A stretch of DNA of 62,416 nucleotides, filler included. It is 3 parts of 3 records of this genome, joined end to end, with 100 filler letters (N's around TTAATTAATTAA, not from the genome) between each part and the next. Parts side by side here need not be neighbours in the genome. Positions count along the whole stretch, not along the records: positions 49,012 to 62,416 come from DRR723986_612; 2 more parts are not named here. One strand, given 5' to 3'. Shown here one piece after another: positions 51,560-62,416 of this stretch (position 1 is the stretch's first letter; each line of letters starts with the position of its first letter). The notes below the pieces were generated by a model. The model searched no databases and was not told the DNA's origin. It saw only the letters and a list, made by a program, of their open reading frames with translations. The translations under genes and the position numbers were made by a program.

Positions 51560-52336
51560 TCAGCGGCCTTCAAAGATAGCTGGCCGCTTTTCCATGAAAG
51601 CCACAACGCCTTCTTGGAAATCACGACTGCGCCCACACTCGCCCTGCAAATGGGCTTCGGTCTCCAATTGATCTGGCAAAGCTTTTTCGTATGTTCCCCG
51701 GATCGCCTTTTTTATCGCGCCAAATGCTGCGGTTGGTCCATTGGCCAAAAAGGCCGCGCGTTTACGCCAATGCGTCTCAAACTGGTCATCTGGGACAGCT
51801 TCCCAGATCATGCCCCAATCCGAGGCCTGACCGGCACTGATTTTATCTGCAAACAACGCCGCGCCCATCGCTTTGGCTATGCCCATCTGACGTGGCAAGA
51901 ACCATGTGCCGCCCGCATCCGGCATCAAGCCAATGCGCGAAAACGCCTGTAAAAAATACGCACTTTCAGTTGCAATCACCACATCTGCGCATAGGGCAAG
52001 GTTTGCACCGGCACCAGCCGCAGGACCGTTGACCACAGCCAATGTCGGCACAGGGCAATCATAGATCGCCTCGAGCATCGGCTGGTATTCATCGCGCAAC
52101 GTCCGTTCCAGATCAATACTGCCAGACGACCCTGCATCCCCCAGATCCTGTCCTGTACAAAAGGCACGTCCCGCCCCGGTTAACACGATCGCGCGGGCGT
52201 CCTTTGGGGCCTCGCGCATGGCATGGGTAATCTCAGCCCGCATCTGTGACGTCAGCGAGTTCATTTTGTCCGGGCGGTTCAGTGTCAGAACAGCCAGACC
52301 GTCGGTGATCTCAAGTGTGATGGTTTCGTACTGCAT
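51560..52336 (-). CDS. Enoyl-CoA hydratase/isomerase (PaaG-like)
   Basis: LNRPDKMN, AFCTGQDL, NGPAAGAGANLAL, IGLMPDAGG, EGV.AF.EKR. Confidence 0.88.
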   Translation of the reverse strand: MQYETITLEITDGLAVLTLNRPDKMNSLTSQMRAEITHAMREAPKDARAIVLTGAGRAFCTGQDLGDAGSSGSIDLERTLRDEYQPMLEAIYDCPVPTLAVVNGPAAGAGANLALCADVVIATESAYFLQAFSRIGLMPDAGGTWFLPRQMGIAKAMGAALFADKISAGQASDWGMIWEAVPDDQFETHWRKRAAFLANGPTAAFGAIKKAIRGTYEKALPDQLETEAHLQGECGRSRDFQEGVVAFMEKRPAIFEGR

Positions 52337-52412
52337 AGCCAAAGCCCCTAGGAAAGCGGTGTCTCGATCAAGGTGACCGAGAGGTTAGGTTAGGAAAAGA
52401 GGGAACCCGGCG

Positions 52413-52865
52413 TCACTCGTCAAGAATTTGACGCAACCGCTCTTGTTCCTTGCTGCTCAGCTCGTCCTCTTGCCGAACAGGCGTTTTGGCGCGGCCCCGC
52501 AGATAGATCATACCAATTCCAGCAGCAAGCAACAGCATCGCGGGTCCAGCCCCCCAAAGCAGCCAATTCGCACCGGTTGTTGTGGGTTTGAGCAGGACAT
52601 ATTCACCATAGCGATCGACGATAAAATCAATCGCTTCGTCATTGCTGTCCCCTGCCACCAAGCGTTCGCGCACCAACAATCTGAGGTCACGCGCCAATTC
52701 GGCGTTGCTCTCATCAATGCTCTCGTTGCGACAGACAAGGCATCGCAATTCTTGGCTTAAGTCCCGTGCGCGGGATTCCAGCGCCGGATCGTCCAACACT
52801 TCGTCAGGTTGGACGGCCCAAATTGGGCCGGCCAGGAAACACAAGATTAAGAGAAGCCTTTTCAT
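52413..52865 (-). CDS. ccmH: Cytochrome c biogenesis protein CcmH/CycL
   Basis: LRCLVCRNESI..SNA.LA.DLR, RYGEYVL. Confidence 0.92.
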   Translation of the reverse strand: MKRLLLILCFLAGPIWAVQPDEVLDDPALESRARDLSQELRCLVCRNESIDESNAELARDLRLLVRERLVAGDSNDEAIDFIVDRYGEYVLLKPTTTGANWLLWGAGPAMLLLAAGIGMIYLRGRAKTPVRQEDELSSKEQERLRQILDE

Positions 52866-54829
52866 TCAGCCGGAACCCCACCTGTTGAAACTTTACGCGC
52901 GCCAGCAGCCACACGGAACCGTCGATCAGATAGGCTGAGCGCGCCACCAAAGGCCATCAACAAACAGCCAGCCCAGATCCAATTGGCAAAGGGTTTGATA
53001 TAAGTTCGCACGGTCCAACCACCATCATTTTGCTGATCACCGATCACCACGTAAACATCACGCATAATGCGATAATCGATCGCCGCTTCAGTCGTGGGCA
53101 TCCGCGCGACAGGGTAGTCACGTTTCTCCGGGAACAACTGGGTCACCGTCTGGCTGTCTTTCTCTAACAAGATCGTAGCCATTGTGGAAAAGTAGTTCGG
53201 CCCTTTGACCTGCTCGACTTTCTCCAACGTCAAGGTGAACCCACCTACATCAAAAGGTTCGCCCATTTGTGCAACACGAATATCCTCTGCCTGCCATGCC
53301 GTAAGACCTGCAATGGCAAACATCGTAATGCCAAGCCCAGAATGCGCGACTGCCTTGCCCCAATCGGCACGCGGCAAACGCATCAAGCGTCCCAAACGGT
53401 TAGACCCGCGCCCCGTGCGAGACCACAGATCAAGAAACGCTCCAATGGTCATCCAACTGCCCAAGAACAGGCCAACCGGCCCCAAAGCACTGCGCCCTGT
53501 CTGCATCGCCCAAACCAACATCGCAATGGCCACGGACAATGCAAACGCATACCGCAATGACCAAGCCGAGCGCCCAATCTTACCGCGCTTCCAGGGCAAC
53601 ATCGCCCCAATCGGCATGACCAAACCAAGGCCAACCATGAATGGCGTGAAGGCAGAGTTAAAGAACGGAGGTCCGACCGACAGTTTCCGGTCGAAGAACA
53701 TCTCGGCCAAGATGGGCCACATGGTTCCAAAGAAAACCACAAAGCACCCCACCGCCAATAAGATGTTGTTCACCACCAGTGCGCTTTCCCGGCTTACCAT
53801 GCCAAAAACGCCCTTGGCTTCCATGGCCTGCGCACGCATCGCAAACAGCATCAGCGCACCGCCGGTAAACACAGCCAGAATGATCAGGATAAACACACCA
53901 CGCTCAGGATCGTTGGCAAAGGCGTGAACAGAGGTCAGCAACCCAGACCGAACAATAAACGTTCCGATCAACGAAAACCCGAAAGCCAAGATCGCCAAGA
54001 GGATAGTCCAGCTTTTCAGAGACTCGCGTTTTTCAACAACAATAGCGGAATGCAAAAGAGCTGCTGCCAAAAGCCATGGCATAAAGGACGCATTTTCAAC
54101 AGGGTCCCAGAACCAAAATCCGCCCCAACCCAATTCGTAATAAGCCCACCAAGACCCCAATCCGATCCCAATCGTCAGAAAGATCCACGCGGCCAACGTC
54201 CAAGGCCGAACCCAACGCCCCCATGCCGCATCAACGCGCCCTTCGATCAAGGCCGCGACAGCAAAGGAAAAGGTCATCGAAAGCCCAACATAGCCCAGAT
54301 ACAGGAACGGCGGATGAAACGCCAAACCTGGATCTTGCAGCAAAGGGTTCAAATCCTGTCCATCGAATGGCGGAACGGCTAGACGCAGAAACGGATTCGA
54401 TGTGAACAGGATAAAGGCGAAAAACGCCACTGCGATTGCGGATTGAACGGACAGAACCCGTGCGCGCAGCGTTGCCGGCAACCCTGCACCAAACCACGCC
54501 GCCATTGCCCCGAATAGGGTCACAATCAACAGCCAAAGCAGGATTGACCCTTCGTGGTTCCCCCATGTGCCACTGATTTTGTACAGCATTGGCTTGGCAG
54601 AATGACTGTTCAAAACCACCAAACGCAGCGAGAAATCAGAGGTGACAAAGGCCCAAACCAAGGCCCCAAAGGCAAAGGCCGTCAGAAAGAACTGGGCGTT
54701 GGCGGCCGGTTCGGCCACCGCCATCCAGCTGCTCCAACGTTTCTGGGCACCAATCATCGGAACGACCATCTGAACAATGGCAACCATGAAGGCAAGGATA
54801 AGGGCGAAGTGGCCGAGCTCTGTAATCAT
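52862..54829 (-). CDS. ccmF: Heme lyase CcmF
   Basis: WGNHEGS, LNPLLQ, HPP.LY.GY, WAYYELGWGGFWFWDPVENAS, SVHAF. Confidence 0.96.
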   Translation of the reverse strand: MITELGHFALILAFMVAIVQMVVPMIGAQKRWSSWMAVAEPAANAQFFLTAFAFGALVWAFVTSDFSLRLVVLNSHSAKPMLYKISGTWGNHEGSILLWLLIVTLFGAMAAWFGAGLPATLRARVLSVQSAIAVAFFAFILFTSNPFLRLAVPPFDGQDLNPLLQDPGLAFHPPFLYLGYVGLSMTFSFAVAALIEGRVDAAWGRWVRPWTLAAWIFLTIGIGLGSWWAYYELGWGGFWFWDPVENASFMPWLLAAALLHSAIVVEKRESLKSWTILLAILAFGFSLIGTFIVRSGLLTSVHAFANDPERGVFILIILAVFTGGALMLFAMRAQAMEAKGVFGMVSRESALVVNNILLAVGCFVVFFGTMWPILAEMFFDRKLSVGPPFFNSAFTPFMVGLGLVMPIGAMLPWKRGKIGRSAWSLRYAFALSVAIAMLVWAMQTGRSALGPVGLFLGSWMTIGAFLDLWSRTGRGSNRLGRLMRLPRADWGKAVAHSGLGITMFAIAGLTAWQAEDIRVAQMGEPFDVGGFTLTLEKVEQVKGPNYFSTMATILLEKDSQTVTQLFPEKRDYPVARMPTTEAAIDYRIMRDVYVVIGDQQNDGGWTVRTYIKPFANWIWAGCLLMAFGGALSLSDRRFRVAAGARKVSTGGVPAE

Positions 54830-54905
54830 AGACCGAGATATAGCCCCCCCGATTGATCGGGCCAATGCCTTTCAGCAAGGCCCTCACGCCATAGTGTCGC
54901 GGTCT

Positions 54906-55484
54906 TTAGGCTTGTCGCAGTGTGCGCCAGTGCGCCAGCGCTGGATTTCCCTCGGGATTAACAGCTGCCAAATTCACTGACGCCTCAGGTCCAGGATCCG
55001 CCACGTTTAGATCATCGGATCGCAAAGACCGCAGGGCAGAAATATTCCCAATCACTTCGGGCGCCCGCGCTACGCTTGCAGCAAGGTCACGCTGTAGCCC
55101 TTGCATTTTTGCCTGATGACGCGCCCCGAAATAGAAAGAGACGATCACCCCCAACAACCACCAAAGCGGTTCGGGAACCAACGCAATCCCTTGCATACGC
55201 GCAGCAAACCACAACGGATCAACCATGGCCGAAACAAACAAGCCCAAAGTGCCCAAAGCTAAAGCCGGGCGTGGCAATCGATTCAAACCATCCATAAACC
55301 GGTCAAATGCACCCTGAGTGGGTTGCGCAAATTCCGCGCCAAACTGCGTCATAGCCTGCGTTTGAGCGCTATGAGAACGCTGCGCCCCCGCTTCGCTATT
55401 CTCACGAAACAATTCTGCCGTTTCCCGCACGACATTGCGGTTCCCACCAAACAACAATCCCATCACGCTGCTGATCAAGCCCAT
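54906..55484 (-). CDS. Holin-family protein (3TM, GTA-associated type)
   Basis: FDRFMDGLNRLPRP, VPEPLWWLLG.IVSFYFGAR; overlaps the upstream muramidase. Confidence 0.8.
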   Translation of the reverse strand: MGLISSVMGLLFGGNRNVVRETAELFRENSEAGAQRSHSAQTQAMTQFGAEFAQPTQGAFDRFMDGLNRLPRPALALGTLGLFVSAMVDPLWFAARMQGIALVPEPLWWLLGVIVSFYFGARHQAKMQGLQRDLAASVARAPEVIGNISALRSLRSDDLNVADPGPEASVNLAAVNPEGNPALAHWRTLRQA

Positions 55485-56086
55485 CCTGAAACCCTCCGTT
55501 TGAATTCGGCATCTGACATTTTGAATTTTTCGGAAATGAATTCTTCGGCGCGCTTGATCCAGCCCCCTTTTCCACCGGACCGGCTGCGGGCATATTTCCT
55601 GCTACGAACCCTCTGATCGGCCAAGCGAAAATAGTAATTGCGGCGGGCAACACCATAAGAGTCTCGCAAAGCGACCGCATCCGGATTAGCTGCATCAGAA
55701 ACAGCCGCCAAGGTTTGAGGACCGATGACACCATCGACTGAAACCTTATACCCCATGTCAGTCAAAAGACGCTGCAAGATTTTGATGGCATTGGCCCCAG
55801 CATTCACATGCATGTCAAACACAGTTGCCTGTAACGCTTCAGGCAAGCCATCAAGGTTTGGTTTGAAAAAGTAATGCTGTTCAAAAATGTCGACAGCTTG
55901 ATCTCGTGTCAGCCGTTTTACATCTCGCGCATCCACACGATCATCACCCGTCAGGTCCAGGCCGAGGCGCTTCATTGTATGAATGGTCACGCCATATTTT
56001 GTAGCACCACCCGGATCATCGGGATCGTTCACGTACCCGCCTTCTCTTGCGACGATATTTTCTGCGATCTGTCTTACCGTTTGCAT
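55475..56086 (-). CDS. GH108 (TtsA-like) N-acetylmuramidase / endolysin with peptidoglycan-binding domain
   Basis: REGGYVNDPDDPGGATKYGVT, FDM.VNAG, LQR.L, VDG.IGPQT, GW..R. Confidence 0.88.
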   Translation of the reverse strand: MQTVRQIAENIVAREGGYVNDPDDPGGATKYGVTIHTMKRLGLDLTGDDRVDARDVKRLTRDQAVDIFEQHYFFKPNLDGLPEALQATVFDMHVNAGANAIKILQRLLTDMGYKVSVDGVIGPQTLAAVSDAANPDAVALRDSYGVARRNYYFRLADQRVRSRKYARSRSGGKGGWIKRAEEFISEKFKMSDAEFKRRVSGWA

Positions 56087-56229
56087 TCTGGGATACCTCC
56101 ATCAGATACGCCCGTCAGCAAACCGCAAATGTATTAATCTCCTAAAACGACAACGGGCGCTACGCAGTGGTTTTGCGCAACGCCCGGTAAATCAGACTAT
56201 TGGGTTTTAGATGCACACAGTCAGCGCGA

Positions 56230-56676
56230 TCAGCTATCGCCCGCCTCTTGGTAAACCCCTTGCTCTTTTAAGGCATCAACCACCTCTTTCGGCATGTAGC
56301 TTTCGTCATGTTTCGCAAGTATTTCAGTCGCTTCAAAGACACCATTCACGTAACGACCTGTCCCGATCATGCCCTGATTTTCATCAAAGAGGTCCGGCAA
56401 AACACCAGCATAGCTGACAGGGACACTGGCGCCACCATCGGTTACGACAAAGGTGACGATGCCGCCCTGTCCACGTACCAAGGTTCCTTCTTCAACCAGA
56501 CCACCGATGCGGAAAACCTCAGTCGGAGCGGGTGGCTCCGACATGATCTGACTTGGCGCGCGAAAGAAGTTGATCCCGTCACGCATGGCGTATCCGATCA
56601 ACCCCGTCGCCAGGACCAAAGCAATAACCGCAACTGCGATCACTTGAATACGACGTTGTTTCTTAAGCGATTTCAT
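56230..56676 (-). CDS. ccmE: Heme chaperone CcmE
   Basis: RIGGLV, Y.G.LPDLF.E.QG, LAKHDE.YMP. Confidence 0.95.
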   Translation of the reverse strand: MKSLKKQRRIQVIAVAVIALVLATGLIGYAMRDGINFFRAPSQIMSEPPAPTEVFRIGGLVEEGTLVRGQGGIVTFVVTDGGASVPVSYAGVLPDLFDENQGMIGTGRYVNGVFEATEILAKHDESYMPKEVVDALKEQGVYQEAGDS

Positions 56677-56683
56677 GCCGTCC

Positions 56684-57712
56684 TCATGGGAATAGCGGGG
56701 CCATCATCAGCCCTTGCGTTTCAGGCTCACCTAACATCAAGTTGGCGTTCTGCAAGGCCTGCCCACTGCTACCTTTTGTCAAATTATCCAACGCACCGAT
56801 CACGATGGCGCGCCCCGCAATCCGATCAGCCGTCACCCCGATATGGCAAAAATTCGAACCCCGGACATGATGTGTAGAGGGCGCTTCGCCAAACGGCAAC
56901 ATTTCGATGAACGGTTCATCTGTATAGGCTGCACAGAGGGTATCGTAGATCTCTTGGGCATCCCCACGCACATAGGTCGTCGCCAAAATACCCCGGTTCG
57001 CTGGCACCAGATGCGGTGTAAACTGAACCTGCACGGGGCGACCCGCGATCTTGGAAAACTCCTGATCAAACTCTCCAAGATGACGGTGTGTTCCGCCAAC
57101 CGCATAGGCATTGTAGCCTTCGCTCAGTTCCGCATGCAACAGGTTCTCTTTCAAGGAACGCCCTGCCCCAGACACAGCGCAGATCAGATCCAGAATGATG
57201 TTGTCCAGATCAATAACACCCGCCGCAATCAGCGGACGCAAAACAAATTGGCCCGTCGCGGCATTACAACCTGTTCCAGCCACAAGCCGCGCAGCCCGAA
57301 TGTCTTCACGATAAAACTCGGTCAGACCATAAACAGCTTCGCCCTGCTGCTCGAGCGCGGCGTGACTGTTGCCATACCACTTTTCATACTCTGCTGGGTC
57401 CCGCAGACGGAAATCAGCCGACAGATCAACGATTTTCAACGATTGAGGTAATTCGCGGATCACTTCCTGACTGGTTTTATGCGGCAATGCGCAAAAGCAC
57501 AGATCAACACCGGTAAAATCAATCTCAGAGATTTTGCACAATGTTGGCAAGCTCATATGACGCAGATGTGGGAAAACCTGTGCCATAGTCATGCCGGCTT
57601 TACGCTCGGCAGACAGGGCCACGATTTCTAGGTTCGGATGCTGGGCAATCAGCCGCACCAGTTCAGCACCAGTATAGCCCGAAGCACCGAGAATTGCGAT
57701 TTTGTGGGTCAT
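56684..57712 (-). CDS. argC: N-acetyl-gamma-glutamyl-phosphate reductase
   Basis: [46 protein letters not shown]. Confidence 0.95.
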   Translation of the reverse strand: MTHKIAILGASGYTGAELVRLIAQHPNLEIVALSAERKAGMTMAQVFPHLRHMSLPTLCKISEIDFTGVDLCFCALPHKTSQEVIRELPQSLKIVDLSADFRLRDPAEYEKWYGNSHAALEQQGEAVYGLTEFYREDIRAARLVAGTGCNAATGQFVLRPLIAAGVIDLDNIILDLICAVSGAGRSLKENLLHAELSEGYNAYAVGGTHRHLGEFDQEFSKIAGRPVQVQFTPHLVPANRGILATTYVRGDAQEIYDTLCAAYTDEPFIEMLPFGEAPSTHHVRGSNFCHIGVTADRIAGRAIVIGALDNLTKGSSGQALQNANLMLGEPETQGLMMAPLFP

Positions 57713-57803
57713 GTCAGACCTCTTTTCTTAGAAGTAACAATGTCATTAACCATCAACGATGATCAGTGAAGAAAGCAGAAGAAGCCCAGTGTTCTGGACA
57801 ATC

Positions 57804-58613
57804 TCAAACAGAAACGAACGAGATTTGTCGTCGGAGAAATTGCGTCGCACGATCACTGACACGGGCCGGATTGCCGGTGGTCAGGTATCCAGGCTCGCCC
57901 AGACCTTCCATATCAGGGTAGCGCCTTAGATAGTCCGCAAGACTGTCAGCAACCAGATTACCCTGACTATAAACCGAAACATCATCCCCCAAAGCTTTCT
58001 GGAAAACCTGTTCCATCAAGGGATAGTGCGTGCATCCCAAAATAGCGGCCTGAGGCATGGGCATTTTGCGTTTCAACGCATCTACGTGCGAGCGGACCAA
58101 CGCCTCAGCAAGGATCAAATCCCCATCTTCAATGGCATCAACGACGCCCCCGCAAGCCTGCGCTTCGACGTCGACCCCGATGGCCCGAAATGCCAGCTCT
58201 CTCTGAAAGGCACGACTGGACACTGTTGCGGGCGTTGCAAACAGGGCCACATGTTTGACCTCGACCTCGCGCGGTGGGGAATTGTCGCCCCATTCCCGTT
58301 CGGTCATCGCCTCGATCAAGGGAACGAACACGCCCAGAACCCGCTTACCCACGGGAACGCCTTCTTCTTGCATCCGGCGCAGTGCTGCGGCGGATGCTGT
58401 ATTACAGGCCAAAATCACTAGATTACACCCTGCGTCCCACAAGTGATGAACCGCGCGTTTTGTCAGCTGGAAAATATCTTCGGCATCACGAACACCATAA
58501 GGCGCATGGGCGCTGTCTGCATAATACAGGAAATCCACGTCCGGTAGCCGTGCTTGCACTGCATTAAGGACAGTCAAGCCGCCCAATCCTGAATCAAAAA
58601 TGCCTACTGCCAT
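57804..58613 (-). CDS. murI: Glutamate racemase
   Basis: [26 protein letters not shown]. Confidence 0.92.
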   Translation of the reverse strand: MAVGIFDSGLGGLTVLNAVQARLPDVDFLYYADSAHAPYGVRDAEDIFQLTKRAVHHLWDAGCNLVILACNTASAAALRRMQEEGVPVGKRVLGVFVPLIEAMTEREWGDNSPPREVEVKHVALFATPATVSSRAFQRELAFRAIGVDVEAQACGGVVDAIEDGDLILAEALVRSHVDALKRKMPMPQAAILGCTHYPLMEQVFQKALGDDVSVYSQGNLVADSLADYLRRYPDMEGLGEPGYLTTGNPARVSDRATQFLRRQISFVSV

Positions 58614-58620
58614 GTGCCCC

Positions 58621-59499
58621 TCAGGCGCGATGCCGTTCCTCAAACTCAAAGCCGTAATCGTAAGATTTCAGCGGTGTCGGTGACAGCTCATACGTGGCTT
58701 TGCGCAGGAAATCCATCATCTTGCGCGAGTCTTTCGCCAACGGGTCTAGAATGTCGCGCCCTATTGGCTCTCCGATCACCACTTTGACCGGCGTATCCAC
58801 GCGTTTCTTGAACTCTTTGATCAACAACCCCATGCGCAGGGTGTTGTGCAAATGGCTGGCGATCTGGAACAACCGACTCGTGTGCCCCTCAAAAAACACC
58901 GGCACGACAGTTGCGTTTGATTTCCCCACCATACGTGCCGTAAACCCACGCCAGCCGGGGTCCATAGGGTGTGCAAATGGGTTCACCCCCGTACTGACCG
59001 TTCCACCGGGGAAAATACCTATGGCACCGCCCTCGCCCAGATACCCCAACGCATTTTTCCGGGTTTCCAAATTTTGCCGCATCGCCTCTTTGGTTTGATC
59101 AAACGAGATTGGCAGGATGATACGGTTCAGATCCTCCGCTTTGCGGAATACGCGATGGGCCAATATTCGGAAATCACCACGCGCCTCAGATAGGATATGT
59201 CCCATCATGAGCCCGTCCAGAATGCCATAGGGGTGATTGGCGATTAGGATGACGGGGCCATCTTGTGGAATATTTGACAATGCGCCCCCGACCACATCTA
59301 ACGTCAGCCCATAGCGTTCAACCATAACCGCCCAGAAATCGCGCCCCGCTGCCACATCCAGTTCATATCCGTCAGCCCGCTTAATCAGACCCAAGCGACC
59401 CGTCGTGTTTTCCATCAAGCGAATGACGGTACGACCACTCTTGGTGGCAGCGGAATGGGCGTATGAAATATCACGCGCGATGTGATGACGCGAAGGCAT
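58621..59499 (-). CDS. Lysophospholipid acyltransferase (PlsC/OlsA-like)
   Basis: [10 protein letters not shown] (HxxxxD), IFPGG.VS, VVP. Confidence 0.85.
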   Translation of the reverse strand: MPSRHHIARDISYAHSAATKSGRTVIRLMENTTGRLGLIKRADGYELDVAAGRDFWAVMVERYGLTLDVVGGALSNIPQDGPVILIANHPYGILDGLMMGHILSEARGDFRILAHRVFRKAEDLNRIILPISFDQTKEAMRQNLETRKNALGYLGEGGAIGIFPGGTVSTGVNPFAHPMDPGWRGFTARMVGKSNATVVPVFFEGHTSRLFQIASHLHNTLRMGLLIKEFKKRVDTPVKVVIGEPIGRDILDPLAKDSRKMMDFLRKATYELSPTPLKSYDYGFEFEERHRA

Positions 59500-59577
59500 A
59501 GTGTTCTCCGATTGTTGCCCGCAACTTAGGTGCGGACAACAAATATGCCTAGTCCTTGTGACGCGGATGTGACGGTA

Positions 59578-62416
59578 TCACTCTGCCGCCGCTTTCATTG
59601 GCGTGTCCCCTTGCCGAAACGCCGCCAGCAATTCTTCACGCCGTTTAGCGGCTTTGGATTCGTTCGTAAGCTTAACGGGACCAAACCCGCGAATGTCCAA
59701 GGGTAACCGAGCCAGAGCAACTGCGATTTCCATCGTCTCAGACGTGACGTTGGATAGCACCTCTTTCATATCCTTTTCATACTGCTTGATCAGGGCGCGC
59801 TCCATCCGACGTTCGGCGGTATAGCCAAACACATCCAAGGGCGTCCCACGCAACCCTTTGAAACGGGTCATAAGGCGCAATGGCCCTGCCATCCATGGCC
59901 CAAACTCTCGCTTCTTTGGCCGTCCATCTGGTCCCTTGCCCCCCAAGATAGGGGGTGCCAGGTGGAACGTCATTTTGAAATCACCGTCAAACTCAGCCGC
60001 TGCTTTTTCCTGGCTGCCCAGCAACAGACGGGCCACTTCGTACTCATCCTTATAGGACAGCAACTTGTGATACCCGTGGGCCACTGCGTCTTTCAGATCG
60101 GCATTTTCGATGCCATCCAGAAGTTTAGTAAACCGCTTGGCCAACCGCTTGCCTTGGTAAGCCGTCAAATGATCCACCCGATAGGCGACCTTGTCCTCGG
60201 GTGATTTCGGCAACGTGACAACGTTCGGGGTCAAGACAGCAGCCGCATCTTTCGGATACAGAACAGCCCAACGCCCGATATCAAAAGCGCGCAAGTTTCG
60301 GGCCACTGCGGCCCCATTCAATTCGATCGCTGCGGTGATTGCCTCAAAGCTCAGCGGCAACAAGCCTTTTTGCCACGCAGCCCCAAACACCATCATATTC
60401 GAAAAGATCGAGTCCCCCATCAACGCACGCGCCAAGTCCGAGGCATCAAACAGGTCAAGACGATCCTTCAGACGTGCCTCGAGCGCGAGCTCTAACCGAT
60501 CCGTGGGAATAGAAAATTCAGTATCTCGCGTGAAATCACCCGTGATGATCTCATGACTGTTCACCACTGCGCCGGTTTTACCCGTCTGCATCAACCCCAG
60601 TGTTTTAGCACCTGCAGAAACAACAAGATCCCCGCCGATCACCGCATGTGCTTCGCCGGTTGCTACACGAATGGCACTGATATCTTCGGGATGATTGGCC
60701 AAACGGCAATGGATGTGAACCGCACCACCCTTTTGGGCAAGGCCAGCCATCTCCATCATGCCGGCCCCTTTACCATCAAACTGAGCAGCTTGTGCCAAGA
60801 CCGCGCCGATGGTCACAACGCCCGTCCCACCAACACCGGTGATCACAACGTTATGGGTGCCATCAATTTCGGGCAACGTTGGCAATGGCAGATCCGGCAG
60901 CTCGACATCTGTCGTCGCCTCTTTGCGCACAGTTGCACCCTCGAGCGTTACAAACGACGGGCAAAACCCTTTGAGACAAGAGAAATCTTTGTTGCAGCTT
61001 GATTGGTCAATCGCCCGCTTACGACCCAGTTCAGTTTCTTTGGGCACAATCGAAACACAGTTGGATTGCACGCCGCAATCGCCGCACCCTTCGCAAATGT
61101 CTGTGTTGATGAACACCCGCTTATCCGGATCAGGGAATGTGCCCCGCTTACGCCGACGACGTTTTTCGGCAGCACAAGTCTGGATATACACGATAACCGA
61201 AACGCCTTCCAAATCGCGATACCGATCTTGCACGTTCATCAATTCAGCGCGTTCCTGAGTTTCCACCCCTGCAGGAAGCGCTTTGAAATCAACATCTTCC
61301 TTTTCATCATACACAACAGCAAGGTTGCGTACCCCCATGGCTTTAACTTCTTGCACTATACGCGCAGCATCCAGATCGCCTTCGTTATCTTGACCACCGG
61401 TCATAGCCACAGCGTCATTATAGAGGATTTTGTAGGTGATGTTGGTTTTGGCCGCGACGGCAGCCCGAATGGCTTGAATGCCCGAATGGTTGTAGGTGCC
61501 ATCGCCAAGGTTCTGGAACACGTGTTTGGTGTTTGAAAACGGTGCTTCACCAATCCAGTTCGCGCCTTCGCCCCCCATGTGGGTATAACCAAGCGTTTCC
61601 CGGTCCATCCATTGAACCATGAAATGGCACCCGATCCCTGCATAAGCCCGGCTGCCATCTGGTACTTTGGTCCCGGTGTTGTGCGGACACCCAGAACAGA
61701 AATACGGTAACCGCGCGGCAATCTCCTGCGCGTTATCAGCCCGGCGTGCATCGTCCAGAGCAGCCAGCCCTACGCGAACACCATCGGTTTCGTGCCCTTC
61801 TTCAATGAGAATTTGGCCTAGCTTTTCAGCAATCATAATCGGATCAAGCGCGCCGCGGGTCGGGAACAGCTCTTCCCCATGCATCGACCCGGCACCACCA
61901 CCTTTGTGCCAACCCCAGACCCGACGCCCTCGGCGGTCGTCAAAAATGGCCTCTTTGATTTGCACTTCGATCAGCTTGCGTTTTTCTTCCACGACAACGA
62001 TCAGATCCAGATCTTCGGCCCAATCATGAAAACCCTTCATATCAAGCGGGAAAACCTGCCCCACTTTATACGTAGTGATCCCCAACCGTTCTGCCTCGGC
62101 TTCATCGATGTTCAGCAAAGACATGGCATGCGCCAGATCCAACCAGTTCTTACCCGCTGCTACAAACCCAATCTTGGCCCCGGGTTTACCCCAGACCCGT
62201 TTGTCCATCTTGTTGGCATGACTAAAGGCTTCGGCCGCGAACCGTTTGTGATCAATGATCCGCGCCTCTTGCGGCGTGCGGTCATCCACAAGACGGATAT
62301 TCAATCCACCCTCTGGCATATCGTATTCAGGGGTCACCAGCTGCATACGGTTGGGATCGCCATCCACGACCGAGGTCACCTCGATCGTGTCTTTCATCGT
62401 CTTCAGGCCAACCCAC
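59578..62416 (-). CDS. Indolepyruvate:ferredoxin oxidoreductase family protein (fused), 5' truncated by window end
   Basis: R.PYFCSGCPHN, GIGCH, GDGTY.HSG, CEGCGDC...SNC, GVGGTGVVT, GLAQKGGAV, YKDEYEVARL. Confidence 0.92.
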   Translation of the reverse strand, partial: WVGLKTMKDTIEVTSVVDGDPNRMQLVTPEYDMPEGGLNIRLVDDRTPQEARIIDHKRFAAEAFSHANKMDKRVWGKPGAKIGFVAAGKNWLDLAHAMSLLNIDEAEAERLGITTYKVGQVFPLDMKGFHDWAEDLDLIVVVEEKRKLIEVQIKEAIFDDRRGRRVWGWHKGGGAGSMHGEELFPTRGALDPIMIAEKLGQILIEEGHETDGVRVGLAALDDARRADNAQEIAARLPYFCSGCPHNTGTKVPDGSRAYAGIGCHFMVQWMDRETLGYTHMGGEGANWIGEAPFSNTKHVFQNLGDGTYNHSGIQAIRAAVAAKTNITYKILYNDAVAMTGGQDNEGDLDAARIVQEVKAMGVRNLAVVYDEKEDVDFKALPAGVETQERAELMNVQDRYRDLEGVSVIVYIQTCAAEKRRRRKRGTFPDPDKRVFINTDICEGCGDCGVQSNCVSIVPKETELGRKRAIDQSSCNKDFSCLKGFCPSFVTLEGATVRKEATTDVELPDLPLPTLPEIDGTHNVVITGVGGTGVVTIGAVLAQAAQFDGKGAGMMEMAGLAQKGGAVHIHCRLANHPEDISAIRVATGEAHAVIGGDLVVSAGAKTLGLMQTGKTGAVVNSHEIITGDFTRDTEFSIPTDRLELALEARLKDRLDLFDASDLARALMGDSIFSNMMVFGAAWQKGLLPLSFEAITAAIELNGAAVARNLRAFDIGRWAVLYPKDAAAVLTPNVVTLPKSPEDKVAYRVDHLTAYQGKRLAKRFTKLLDGIENADLKDAVAHGYHKLLSYKDEYEVARLLLGSQEKAAAEFDGDFKMTFHLAPPILGGKGPDGRPKKREFGPWMAGPLRLMTRFKGLRGTPLDVFGYTAERRMERALIKQYEKDMKEVLSNVTSETMEIAVALARLPLDIRGFGPVKLTNESKAAKRREELLAAFRQGDTPMKAAAE

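Noticed and set aside
54906-56086. Prophage remnant
   Set aside because: No integrase, structural or replication genes, and the flanks are intact core genes; better explained as a domesticated lysis cassette.
56128-56150. CtrA box upstream of the endolysin
   Set aside because: Only one TTAA half-site; no TTAA-N7-TTAA match.

Overview
The window is three unrelated contigs joined by 100-nt N spacers that carry a TTAATTAATTAA all-frame stop linker (19664-19763 and 48912-49011), so no linkage should be inferred across the gaps. Contig 1 (1-19663) is an IS-bounded gammaproteobacterial-type nitrite-to-N2O denitrification island. It carries nirI-like, nirS, hemerythrin, porin, nnrS, norCBQD, norEF-like, sirB2-like and an Rrf2/NsrR regulator, with four GATGCA-N7-TGCATC-type operators. 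It has no heme d1 biosynthesis genes but does have a TonB-dependent receptor plus a small exported partner under one of those operators, which makes it a candidate heme d1 (tetrapyrrole) salvage system. The contig's first and last 22 nt are identical and join two halves of one IS, so it is a circle, a composite transposon or an assembly loop. Contig 2 (19764-48911) is gammaproteobacterial (Cellvibrionales-like by inference) housekeeping DNA: a propionyl-CoA/methylmalonyl-CoA operon, pabB, thrH, cysB, alr, yajC, xth, bcp, rmuC, moaCDE and tRNA-Ser. Contig 3 (49012-62416) is Rhodobacteraceae-like: purC, bmt, ccmE/F/H with an endolysin-holin pair of GTA-lysis type between ccmE and ccmF, argC, murI and an indolepyruvate oxidoreductase. 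All calls come from motif recognition; no database searches were run.
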